64,000 bases of DNA from Mobula hypostoma (taxonomy: Eukaryota). Below the pieces are notes generated by a model. That model was not told the origin of the DNA, searched no databases, and was given only the letters and a program-made list of their open reading frames with translations. Below, in pieces: positions 1 to 11,616 of the stretch; position 1 is the stretch's first letter; every line of letters starts with the position of its first letter. The stretch lies in assembly GCF_963921235.1 (NCBI RefSeq), contig NC_086097.1:48424001-48488000 (forward strand), read 5' to 3'. The translations under genes were made by a program, and so were the position numbers.

Positions 1-819
1 CTGTTTACATAAATAAGCTGTACCATTACACCAGAGACTATATTTAAGGAAAAGTTGATGCATTAACTATTTGAAATGCATTCATTACATTCATGGGGTA
101 TTAGTTGTGATGAACAGGTTTCTAGAGGAAGAGACAGAGATTCATTTCTTTCACACAATTTCAAGAAAGTGTTAAATAGATTCCTGAAAAATGAGGTAAT
201 CATGACATGGAAGGTAAAAGTAAATTAAGTCTGGATGATAACTAATGGGTCTGAGGTCTCCTGGGGTTTGTCTGATTGCCTGTGAGGGCTGAAGTGGAGT
301 TTCTGCCAGATTACTTCAGAATTGACCGCAGGTCTCAGGTTCTCCCAGGAGGTGAAGGAAAGCTATGGTAGGTGTGCATGGATGAAATGAACCAAATGAT
401 TCAGTCAAGCATCTCTACAGCTGCATTTATTTCTTGTCCTGGATGCACAAACATATCAAACTGACGCCTTATATTTTTTCTCAATCCATTCTGATGGCAC
501 TGATTATTATTTAGTATTGAACTGGTACAACACTTATGCAATAGTTTATCACCTTTTTGTGTGGTATTGCATTTAGGTAATTAATATAGAAAAATACAGT
601 ATATTGGTCACTTCCTCCACGGATGGCCCGTCTGCTATGGCAGTTTGATTCTACAGGGTGTGGTGATGTTGCTGGTGGCATAACATTGTTAATAGCTAAC
701 AGTTAATGTTGAGGGATGTAAATATGTCTTGAATGTAATCAAGTTATGCATTGTCAAAAGCTTTATAATCACAAAAGGATGGAGAAATAACAGATAGAGT
801 CTAATAGGAGAAGAGTAGG

Positions 820-1510
820 GTGATGCATTATGGGAAGTCAATTTATACAGTAAGTGGCAGTGATACACAGAGAGGTCTTGATGTCCTTAGCTCCCTAAAA
901 ATAGGATAGGGCAGTAAAGTAGGTGAATGGCATCCTGACCTCCATAGGTCGTGGCATCTAGTATAAAAGTTGGGAACACATATTGCAGCTGTGTGAAGTT
1001 ACATTGGGGCACATTTGTAGAATTGTGTGTTCTGGGTAACATACTATGAGAAAAATGTGGAGGTTTCAGTGAGAGTGTAAGACGGGTTATAAGAGACATT
1101 GGTAAGGTGGCCAGACTTGTTTTACCATGGTGAAAATATCAACTACTAGAGGGCATAGGTTTAAGGTGAAAAGCATAAAGTTTAGAAGAGTTTTATGGGG
1201 CAAGTATTTTAAACAAAGAAGGGTAGATGTTTGAACATGCTACCAGGGGCAGTGGTGGAATCATAGACATAGGAAAGTACAGCACAGAAGCAGGTCCTTA
1301 TACCTATCCAGCCCACGTTGAACCATTTAAACTGCCAGATAGAATCATATAGGATAGCAACATTCATTTATTTATTTGTTTGTTTGTTTGATTAAATCTT
1401 ACATTCATCCCACAGCGTGAGGGAGTAAAAGTCTTTGTTTCATGACTCTTTCGCAATATACAGAAATATGAATTAACAGGCATTTAGATAAGTACATGGA
1501 CAGGCAAGAA
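820..1510 (+). mobile_element. Old, degenerate CR1 LINE 3' fragment interrupted by short repeat tails
   Basis: Resembles the CR1 3' ends at 53886-54471 and 61300-61890 (e.g. actagagggcataggtttaaggtg; ggcatttagataagtacatgga). No open frame. Confidence 0.7.
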
Positions 1511-4204
1511 ACACAGAAAACAGGAACAGGCACTTTGATCCATCATGTCTGCAGTGACCATAATGCTAACGTAAACCAACACTATTTGTATGCATATGGC
1601 CCATATCCTTAGCCAGTATTTTCTGCTGCTAAAAAATGCAGAAGTGTATTGAAATACAAGGTTAGATTTAAACTCAAATTCTAACATGCAATTTGAATTT
1701 GCAGCCTTCTGATTCAGAGAAGGGAAATATCAGACACTCAGCCATGATGCAGTGTTTTAAATTGAAATGTTCACAGTTCTTTTCCTTCTGCAGATGTTGT
1801 TTGACACTTTGAGTTCTTCTAGAACTTGCCTGTTGCTCCACAATCCAGCATCTGCAGCCTCTTGAGTCTCTATAGGGAACGATTGACAGATCTAAGTTTT
1901 ATGTAACAGTCCAACTATATTGGAAGTTTAGGGATTTTTGTTTTGACTTGCAATTGTTCACCCCTAACACTGGAACTATTAAAACTGAATACTCCCCTCC
2001 CCCCATTTCTCTAAATTATTTGTGAAAGTCATCTTCCACTTGTCCTAACAACTACATTGTCTATTGCTTCAAAATTCCTTTGCATGCTATTGTTTCTAAT
2101 TATAGTCAAGGATAGCAAAGACTGAATTACAAGGTTATAATCTAACTGAATGGCTTAGATGATCTCACAAACTATGAGGTGAAACTATGAAGGTTTATTA
2201 ATGTCATTTGAACCCCAAAGAGATTATAAACTTAACTCACCCTCTGCTGGCAGAGATTTTATTTCATGATTTTAATATGCTTTAGTATAAAATTATTTTT
2301 ATTTGCTGAGATTTGGCAGGTCATTAATAAAGATATATTCAAGAAATAATTCACAATTGATTAAAGAGAAAGTCTATGTTCATTATATTTACGATCTTTC
2401 ATGGAGAAAGGCATATATTCACACTGGCATGTTTTATATAGAATGCAGATCCAATTTTTCTCTTGGGTAATGTCTTGCCAATTAATTGTAATTTAGCATG
2501 CCAAATGCAGTATATTTAATTGTAAAACAATGCTCCTATCTTTGTAGCATTGGGGTATTTATGTACGCAGGTCACTCACTGTCTTTGAAAATCAGTTTGG
2601 CAATGCACATAATTTTTTTAGCAAGAGTGTTTTTATGCTAAGATTAGTGATGGTACAAACAAAGAAGTTTAACAAGTTACAGCAACATAATACACTAAAT
2701 GTTTATTCAAAGCTCTTCCAATTATCTTCACCATCCCTGCAATAGAAGAAAAAAACACTAATGCTAGTTGGATGCCAAATCCCAATTACTACCCAATGGC
2801 CTTGTTAGAAAGTTTCCATAATGAAATATAGGATTGGGTGTTTTGTCTATGATAGTCAAACACCTGTAGGCACAATTACAATCCCTCAAATATAAATAGA
2901 AAGACTGAATCCTCGCTGACGTATTTTCCCTCTCTTAGCCCAGGACACTGACATCCAACATAGCCACCAGACTTGCCTTGGCTAATATAAAACAGGAAAT
3001 TTATGGGCTGCTCAGTATTACAACACACAAATCCAATTACCTGCAGAGCAACAGAACTGTTTAGTGTATTATTTATTAAACTCTGCACCTTAGATCGAGA
3101 TTCAGCCTTTGTTTACACCAAGTGGTTGGTGGTTGGAGAGATGTAAGGAAAATGAATAATGCTCTTGAGATGTTCTGATGTCTTCTTAATAGATAGGAAG
3201 CTTTGTACCTTATTTTATATCTTCTTCCACATGAAAAATAGACATGTGGTTATCAATCTTTAAACATTAATTGTAGGAAATTTTGACTGATACCACTTTT
3301 TGAAGACATTTGAAGACTAGCACTAAAATGAGAAATCTTCCAGTAGAACTATCATTGTTCCGTTCACCATTCAGATGATCAGCAGTGTTAATACGATTCA
3401 AGAGAGGACGAGAGAAAGAGAGAGAGAGATAGAGAGGAGAGAGAGTGTTAAAGATTAGCAATGGTGAGGTTTAGGCCAAATGCAGAGATTTAGCTGTTTC
3501 TACAACCTGCATGATGCCCTGATCCTGATGTAGCATCACAAGATGACATTCCTTTACCTCCACATAAGCAGCTTGACCTGCTGAGTTCTTCCAGCAGTTT
3601 GTTTTATCTCTCTAGATTCTGGCTTTTGGAGTCTCTGTTATTTCTTCTACTTTTCTTGTTTCCTCATACATCCAGGCCAAGTGGCAATCAATTGCTGGTG
3701 TATATTTGATTATTTCTCCCATTGTTATGCCTGCTCCCTTTTATCAGGGAGGGTGAGGATTTGGCCCTTGAACTAACAATAAAGAAGAAACAAGCTCCAC
3801 CAAGTGGCAGGTAAATTATGTACTAATTTAAGAGGGAATTGCTTGGGGTAATTCACAATATGTAAATCAATAAGAGCTGCAGAAAGATCACAGGAATTTA
3901 TAGTCAGACCCAAACTCTGTCAGAGTGAAGAGAGATACAAACTTCAAAGCCCAACATGTAAAATAAATTCTTTCTTGCACACCAGAAATTGTTCCGATGT
4001 CTGGCAAGATGGTTGGGTCCACTCTCAGTTTGTCTGGACTTCTAACATAAGGCAGGATAATTTTCTTGTCTTGGCTGAATCTATTTTAAGCACTACAACC
4101 CTACTCTAAAACTGTGAAGTGGGAAATTTGGTCTAGATATTGACTCATTCCCACCATTAAATGAGTTACTCGCCTCTGCAGCTATGCTTGCATAGAAGTT
4201 ACTT

Positions 4205-7200
4205 CAGAATCAGAATCAAGTTCAATATCACTGGCAAATGTCATGAAATTTGTTAATTTAGCACCAACAGTACAATGCAATACATGATAACATAAATAAG
4301 TAAATCAATTTGTTGTCGTCGTTGTCGTGGCTATCCCTCGAGGTCGAGGATGATGGTCTTCGTTCTGTTGATCTACTTATGGGCTCTCAAGTGGCTTATG
4401 AGTCCAACCTTGGCTTTGAAAGTTCTTCCGCATTCAGGACAGGTAGTTCCAGATGGCAGATCGGGCTTTGATTGTTGCTGCCTCTCTTTCCAGTTTCTTC
4501 TCTTTTCTTCTAATTCTGCACATCTGTTGGCTTCGAAAGTTGCTGTTCCTTCTCGGATGATGGCTTTCCAGAGTTTCCTGTCCTTGGCAATGGTTTCCCA
4601 ATTGTTGATGTCAATGTGACATTTCTTCATGTTGGCTTTTAAGACATCTTTGAATCTCTTCTGTTGTCCGCCTCTTTTACGTTTGCCTTCTTTAAGCTGG
4701 GAGTAGAAGATTTGTTTCGGCAGACATTCGTCTTTCATCCAAACAACATGACTGCTCCATCTTAGTTGGTTCTTGACGATGTAGGCTTCAATGCTTGTTG
4801 TTTTTGCTTCAATTAGCACGCTGACATTGGTTCTTCCATCTTCCCAGCTGATATTTAAGATGTTTCGAAGACAACGTTGATGGAACTTTTCAAGTGCCTT
4901 CAGATGTCGTTAGTATGTTGTCCAGGTTTCTGATGCATACAGGAGCGTTGGGATTACCACTGCTTTGTACACTAACATTTTGGTGTCTGTTCGGATGTCA
5001 CGATTCAGAGACGTCCAAGGGCTGTTCCAGCGCATTTAAGACGATGTTGGATCTCGTCATTAAGGTCGACATTGGAAGAGAGGTGACTTCCAAGATATGG
5101 AAAGTGGTCCACATTTTCCAGGGTTGTTTCACCAAGTTGAATTGATTGTTCTATCCGATTTGTCTCATTTGGTGATGGTTGATAGATGATCTGAGTCTTC
5201 TTGGAATTGATGGTAAGTCCAAGTTTTGTCTATGTACGGTTGAAGGCAGTCAGAATCTGTTGTAGGTGGTTTTCTGAAAGAGCTGAAACACTATTGTCAT
5301 CTGCGTATTGGAACTCGATGAGGGAACTCGTGGATGTCTTCGTTTTGGACTTGAGACAGGCAAGATTGAAAAGTCTGCCATCTGTTCCGTAGACAATTTC
5401 GATTCCTCGGGGTAGGTCATCCTTGATAATGTGGATGATTGTCACAATGAAGATGGTGAACAAAGTTGGGGCAATCACGCATCTCTGTTTTACTCCTGAT
5501 CTAACTTGAAAAGGCTCACAGTTACTGTGGCAAGCATGCCATCATGGGCCTTGTCGCCGTGGAGAGGCCTGTGTGGTCCTGAGCCCGAGAGCAATGCCTT
5601 TTGGAGCTATGCTCCTGGTAGGGTCACCCATGGTGGTAAGGTTGAGGGTGAGGTCCCTGACAAAGAACAATCCAACCAAGACCTCAACGGTGGAACAGGC
5701 AGACAAAGTTACTTCGAACTCAACGGCTGTGAAGGAGGATGAAGGCTGCAACAAATCCATCAGCTCCAATTGTCGTGGTTTCCATGCATTGGAATCAGTT
5801 GGTTGATTTGTGAAGTATGATGTGCTTCTTGGAGTGCAACATCAAGTACACGTTAAACAAATACACGCACAGGCGTCTTTGCTCTGTTGGAACAACCCGC
5901 TCAAGCCTTTAGCTGAGAAGATCCTTCTGGAGACACAAGCTGGTTTTAGACCATCACATGGAGCAATCAACATGATCTTCACAAAGCGACAACTACAAGA
6001 AAAATGTCGTGAACAACTTCAACCTTTGTACATGGCATTCATCAACCTCACCAAGGCCTTTGACTCAGTATCTAGGGAACTCCTGTGGGATGTCCTATCC
6101 ATCTATGGATGCCCTGAAAAGTACATTTGAATCCTAAATCAATTACAGTAAGTATAAATAGTTAAATTAAAAATAGAAATAATTAAAAAAGTGAGGTTGT
6201 GTTCACAGGTTCAATGTCCATTTAGGAATCAGATGGCAGAGTGGGAGAAGCTGTTCCTGAATCGCTGAGTGTGTGCCTTTAGGCTTCTGTACCTCCTACC
6301 TGATGGTACCGATGATACGAGGGCATGTCTTGGGTGATGGAGATCCTTAATAATGCATGCCACCCTTCTGAGGCATCGCTCTTTGAAGATGTCTTAGATA
6401 CTACAGAGACTAGTACCCATGATGGAGCTGACTAAGATTACAACTTACTGTAGTTCTTTTTCGATCCTGTGCAGTAGCCGACCACCCCCCCACCCCCATA
6501 CCAGACAGTGATGCAGCCTGTCAGAATCCTCTCCACAGTACATCTGTAACACTTTTCAAGTGTTTTAACTGACAAATCAAATCTCCTCAAACTCCTAATG
6601 TAATATAGTCACTGCCTTCTTCACAGCTGCATCGATATGTTGGGACCAGGTTAGATCATCAGAGATTTTGACACCCAGGAGCTAGAAATTGCTCACCCTC
6701 TCCACTTCTGGTTCCTTCTATAGAATTGGTTCATGTTCCCTCATTCTACCCGTTTTGAAATCCTCAGTCAGCTCTTTGGTCTTTGTGACATTGAGTGCAA
6801 GTTTGTTGCAACACCATTCAACCAGCTGGTATATCTCACTCCTGTACACCCTTTTGTCTCCATCTGAGATTCTGCCAACAATGGTGTATTATCAGCAAAA
6901 TTATAGATGGCATTTGAGCTATACCTAGCCACACAGTCATGGGTATAGAGGGAGTAGAGTAGTGGGCTAAGCACACACCCCTGAGGTGTGCCAGTGTTGA
7001 TCATCAGCGAGGAGGAGATGTTATCACCAATCCACACATTGTGGTCTTCCAGTAAGGAGGTCGAGGATCCAATTGCAGAGGGAGGTACAGAGGCTCAAGT
7101 TCTGTAGCTTATTGATCGGGACTGTGGGAATGTTAAACACTGAGCTACAGTCATTAAACAGCAGCATTGTGAGATAGGTGTTTGTATTGTCCAGGTGATT

Positions 7201-7547
7201 TAAGGCCATGTGAAGAGCCATTGAGATTGCGTCTGCCCTAGACCTATTATGGTGATAGGCAAATTGTTGTGGGTCCAGGTCCTTGCTGGGGCAGGGGTGG
7301 GTCCTAGCCATGGACAAACTATTGAAGCATTTCATCACAGTTGATGTGAGTGCTACTGGCAGATAGTCATTAAGGCAGCTCACACTACTGTTCTCGGACA
7401 CTGGTATAATTGTGGCCTCTTTGAAGCGGGAGGGAACTTCCAACCATAGCAGTGGGATGTTGAAAATGTTGGAAAGAGTTGATGTGCATCCAATCTCACC
7501 TCCAACCTCGCTCAGAGTTGTTTCTTTGTGCTTGAAATAGCCCCCCA
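4205..7547 (-). mobile_element. Rex1/Babar LINE, 5'-truncated, interrupted by an RTE insertion (4311-6134)
   Basis: (GATTCT)n-type tail at about 4205. RT motifs in ORFs 7024-7548 (YLPVALTSTVMKCF, DPQQFAY) and 6768-7037 ([27 protein letters not shown]). Confidence 0.9.
4311..6134 (-). mobile_element. RTE-clade LINE with inverted 5' segment
   Basis: Minus part has GVKQ(R)CVIAPTLF, FQYADD, QLRWSSHV, LPKQIFYSQL and a terminal C2H2 motif CPECGRTF..GLISHLRAH. The plus-strand part 5893-6134 has QAGFRP, RQLQEKCRE, FINLTKAFDSV. 10-bp TSD taaatcaatt at 4301-4310 and 6135-6144. Confidence 0.9.
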
Positions 7548-7719
7548 CAAATCATTCTTACCTTATCTTTCTTAAACCATTAATACTTACTTTAGAGTTA
7601 CGTTATTTTTCTTAAATCATTAATATCTTACTTGGACTAATTAAATTGAGAGATAGATCAAGGAACTAACGTTTGTCATTTTCATCATTATGCAGGAAGA
7701 AAGAAGTGAGGAAGCTTAC

Positions 7720-7817
7720 TGTTAGGAGTTCCAGGTTGAGACCTGTTGGCCATCCCATGCCGATCGTAGAGGGATGTTCCCATTATTTCAAAGGCAGATG
7801 ATTGAAGAAGTCTGGGT
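7720..7817 (-). CDS. Candidate 98-nt internal coding exon of an unidentified host gene (PRLLQSSAFEIMGTSLYDRHGMANRSQPGTPN)
   Basis: On the minus strand, acceptor ctttcgctcag| and donor ACA|gtaagc. One of three frames is open, and the segment lies in non-repetitive sequence. Protein not recognised. Confidence 0.35.
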
Positions 7818-9171
7818 CTGAGCGAAAGATCACTCTTTTATGATGATTAGCTTCAAATGAAAGTGCAGAAACCCCAGTGTAGTTATGTTTTTCACTGTAT
7901 TGTTGATATTTAAAAAAATAAGAACTAACCAGCAAGGTTCAACTAAAACACAAGCTTCTTAAAATGAGGATAAAATACACAGAAATTACTGGTCACTTTT
8001 TTACTAGTTCTGAAAGTACAGTGAATAACTCATTTGAAATAAAAATTGTTTCTCCATTTAATCAGTAGAAAATTTTATTTTGTGCTAAATATGTTGAATT
8101 GGTGATATTAGTCACAATAGTAATAGCTTCTGCCATTTAACTCTCATGCAGGCAACATTAATCCAAAACAAAAGATGTCAGCTTCGTCAAGCCCTCAGGA
8201 AATCTGTCATGTTTGAGGTGAGGCTTCTGTTGTCTTCTTGGGAGCACCCTTTTCAGAAACTGGCAGCACTAATGGGGGTATTGAGCCAGATAAATTGGGT
8301 GCAGTTTAAATGTTAGATAAGCAGCAGCAAAACTAAATCAAAGGCTACTATTTAAAAAAATAGCTAAACAGAGACTGGTATCAGCCCTGGTATGGTTGAC
8401 ATGCAGGAAAATTGCCTCGTGATATTTGTTTGAATTTTCTACTTTTCACTTTCACTGATGGACTTACTCGAGAGATTGTTTTTTTTTAAAGCATTGATTT
8501 TACATTATTCACGCCATAAAAGATAGTTGTCAGCTGAACTTGTGCACTGGTACTGTATTTGGTAAAGCAAAACTCTCCCATTATAAATCAGTGTGATCCA
8601 CTACCCTACGCTGCTTTATACCAGCTCAATCAACCTGTGTGTTTAAAATCACACTCTGATTTATAGTTTGCAAACTAATGGCCACATAGATAGTTAAGAA
8701 AATCATTGCCAGAGGCTCAGCTTCTGAGCAGTGTCTGTTCACTGCTCCAATATTGTGTCGCAATAAGAACTGCCACATCTCAGAACCTGAATCTGAATCA
8801 GAATCAGGTTTATTATCACCAGCATGAATTGTAAAATTTATTAACTTAGCAGCAGCAGTTCAATGCAATACATAAAAGGAAAAATAAATAAATAAACAAA
8901 CAAACGGTATATGTATAATGAATAGATTAAAAATTGTGCAAAAACAGAAATAATATATATTAAAAAGTGAGGTAGTGTTCACGGGTTCAATGTCCATCTA
9001 GGAATCAGATGGCAACAGGGAAGAAGCTGTTCCTGAATCACTGAGTGTGTGCCTTCAGGCTTCTGTACCTCCTACCTGATGGTAACAGTGAGAAAAGGAG
9101 ATGCCCTGGGTGCTGGAGGTCCTTAATAATTGACGCTGCCTTTCTGAGACACCGCCCCTTGAAGATGTACT

Positions 9172-9709
9172 CTGGTTAGGCCACACTTGGAGTATAGCGT
9201 CCAGCTGTGGTCACCTCACTATAGGAAGGATGTGGAAGCATTGGAAAGGGTACAGAGGAGATTTACCAGGATGCTGCTTGGTTTAGAAATTATGCATTAT
9301 GATCAGAGATTAAGGGAGCTAGGGCTTTACTCTTTGGAGAGAAGGAGGATGAGAGGAGACATGATAGACGTGTACAAGATAATAAGAGGAATAGATAGAG
9401 TGGATAGCCAGCGCCTCTTCCCCAGGGCACCACTGCTCAATACAAGAGGACATGGCTTTAAGGTAAGGGGTGGGAAGTTCAAGGGGGATATTAGAGGAAG
9501 GTTTTTTACTCAGAGAGTGGTTGGTGCGTGGAATGCACTGCCTGAGTCAGTGGTGGAGGCAGATACACTAGTGAAGTTTAAGAGACTACTAGACAGGTAT
9601 ATGGAGGAATTTAAGGTGGGGGGTTATATGGGAGGCAGGGTTTAAGAGTCGGCACAACATTGTGGGCCAAAGGGCCTGTACTGTGCTGTACTACTCTATG
9701 TTCTATGTT
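9172..9709 (+). mobile_element. Young 5'-truncated CR1 LINE
   Basis: Open ORF2 C-terminus 9187-9645 (LEYSVQLWSPH, LERVQRRFTRM, SLERRRMRGD, FFTQRVVGAWN) followed by a (TTCTATG)n tail. Confidence 0.95.
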
Positions 9710-10159
9710 TGCAACTTAATTGTGCCTGTGTAAGCTATCAGGTAAAGTTAAGCTGCTACTGGATCCCCTTTGCTGGATTGTTTCTGTTTTCTCTCGGCAT
9801 TTTCTACATTTATCATCTTGAATTTGTTATCTTTTATTTTGACTTTTTGATAATTTTTTTGTTAACCACCTGGTCTTGTATTGCCACAAAGAACCCTTCT
9901 GTTTCTGGGAAGAGGTCTCCAACTCTGAGCCTAGGTGTTTGGCATTTCCTTGTTGAAATCTATTCTGCTCGGGTCATGGGGATGTCTTCCATGGAGGGTC
10001 ATGCTCTCCCACTGGTTAACTTTTTTTCAATAGCGATAATGTCTTCATTTTTCTGAGTTGAGTTCTCAATTAAGTTCAGTGGTGCATACTTCCTGTCAGA
10101 ATTGCATATGCTCGCGTGGAGTGCTGAATCATGTCTTCATTGATGAAAGTACATCCTGA
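9710..10159 (-). mobile_element. Internal fragment of an R4/Dong (Rex6-like) RLE-type non-LTR retrotransposon
   Basis: Frameshift-corrected minus translation gives W..MTLHGRHP, LRVGDLFPETEGFFVAIQDQVV, NYQK, DDKCRKCRE, YLHRHN-like segments. These are typical of the CCHC region preceding the restriction-like endonuclease. Confidence 0.75.
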
Positions 10160-10486
10160 GTGCTGTACTATTCTATGTTCTATGTTCTACTGGGTACTTT
10201 GTAGGCTGGTACCCAAGATGGAACCAATCATCTTTATGACCCTCTGCAGCTTCTTTCTGTCTGATTTCTTTTGTTACTTTTCATTGCTGCTCTCTGTTGA
10301 CACATTGACTAACAGAGAATTGCATACGTGCTTGCATCAAAATGAGCATGACAAAGATACTCCCATTTTCATTCTCACAAAATGGAGTTCCTGGAATCTG
10401 CACTGACAAAAACCAATCTGTTCCTATATTCACTTCTATTTCAAAGGCAGCTTTAGAAATTAACAATCATTGTCACATTTGGTTCC

Positions 10487-10660
10487 AAGTTCAAAGTTAA
10501 ACATATTCATTTTCTTGCAGGAATTTACAGTAGAATAGAGAAATATAATAAAGTCAATGAAAAACTACACACAAATGAAGACTGACAAACAACTAAAGAA
10601 GACATACCGTGCAAAAAAAAAGCCAAAAAAGTGAATAAATAATACTGAGACTATGTTGGA
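10487..10660 (-). repeat. Isolated (TTTGAAC)n-type LINE/SINE 3' tail
   Basis: Similar to the Rex1 tail at 59050-59330. Confidence 0.6.
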
Positions 10661-11395
10661 GGACACTTGAAACTGACGAGTTTTACCTCCATTTGGAAGT
10701 AAGTCATGAAAACCATTTTGTGCAGTACGTGTCACCTTTTAGCTGCTCTCTGGGTAATGATAATAAGGTGCAGTTACCGAACATAATTCATGGAGCTGAG
10801 ATGAAAATGGTGCCTCACTTCTTCAAACCGCTGCAGTCCTTGTGACTATTTCTTTCACAGACATCCACATTTTTCTGCGGCGATTGAAAATTTGGAAGCT
10901 GGCTCTTGCCAGTTTTTGGGCCATGTTGGTGTCATCACTGAGTCAGGCCTGCCACTCTCCCAGCACTTGTGCCTCTTGTATCTCTGGTGGAGTAATCCCT
11001 TATCCCTGCTGACTTGGCTGTGGGGGTGTGTACAGGCTTCTCACCCTCCCTCTCTTCCTCTGAAACTGCTCATTCACCCTGCCACATCTCTTCATGGGAG
11101 TTCAGAGTTCTGAGGAAACCGTTCCAAAAACCCAAGCATTTGGTTGTCAGAGTGTGTAGACACAGAGGGTATCTGATGTCCCCTGCCTGTAAAACTTCCC
11201 AGGGTTTACTATGATGTTGATGCCCTCCGAAGGATTGGCAACAGTCACACAAAATTTGTTCCATTTTCTTTGTGTGGGTAGAATTTTTGAAATTAGGTGA
11301 AAAACGTAAACTGAAATTCAAATCAGGGTTGGCTGAGCTCCTCACTTTATGGACAATATTGTTTTGTTTGCTAATTAGTGTTCCTTTTTTCTCAG

Positions 11396-11410
11396 CGGAG
11401 GTTGTAAAAG
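11396..11410 (+). other. Candidate 15-nt microexon (cggaggttgtaaaag)
   Basis: Branch-like gctaat, pyrimidine tract gttccttttttctcag|, donor AAG|gtgagg; frame-preserving length. Confidence 0.25.
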
Positions 11411-11616
11411 GTGAGGTAGGCTGATCGTGCAGAGCAACTCGTATGGATTCCACTCCAGTTCATGTCTTGTTCATTGCTTTCTGCATTTTGATTGTACAAA
11501 TGGAAGAAGCTAATCTGTCTTGATTGGCCTTGATTGAAGTTGATTGATAGCACAATAGTCAGTCAGCTTTGTGAGTGCAGTCAATCTGAGAGAAATTTCC
11601 AAATAAGCACGTCAAC

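Larger units (their letters stand above)
8785..10265 (-). mobile_element. Rex1/Babar 3' fragment hosting a CR1/R4 insertion at about 9172-10187
   Basis: Near-identical to the Rex1 3' end at 6190-6400. The Rex1 sequence breaks at gaagatgtact (about 9171) and resumes at tactgggtactttgtagg (10188). Confidence 0.85.

Noticed and set aside
5565..5600. Twister ribozyme (ggtcctgagcccg resembles GGUCCCAAGCCCG)
   Set aside because: I could not find the P1/L1 UAA or pseudoknot partners.
7550..7640. About 50-bp imperfect direct repeat
   Set aside because: A simple local duplication with no sign of function.
10860..11220. Harbinger Myb/SANT ORF remnant on the minus strand
   Set aside because: Only a few residues of resemblance; not supportable.
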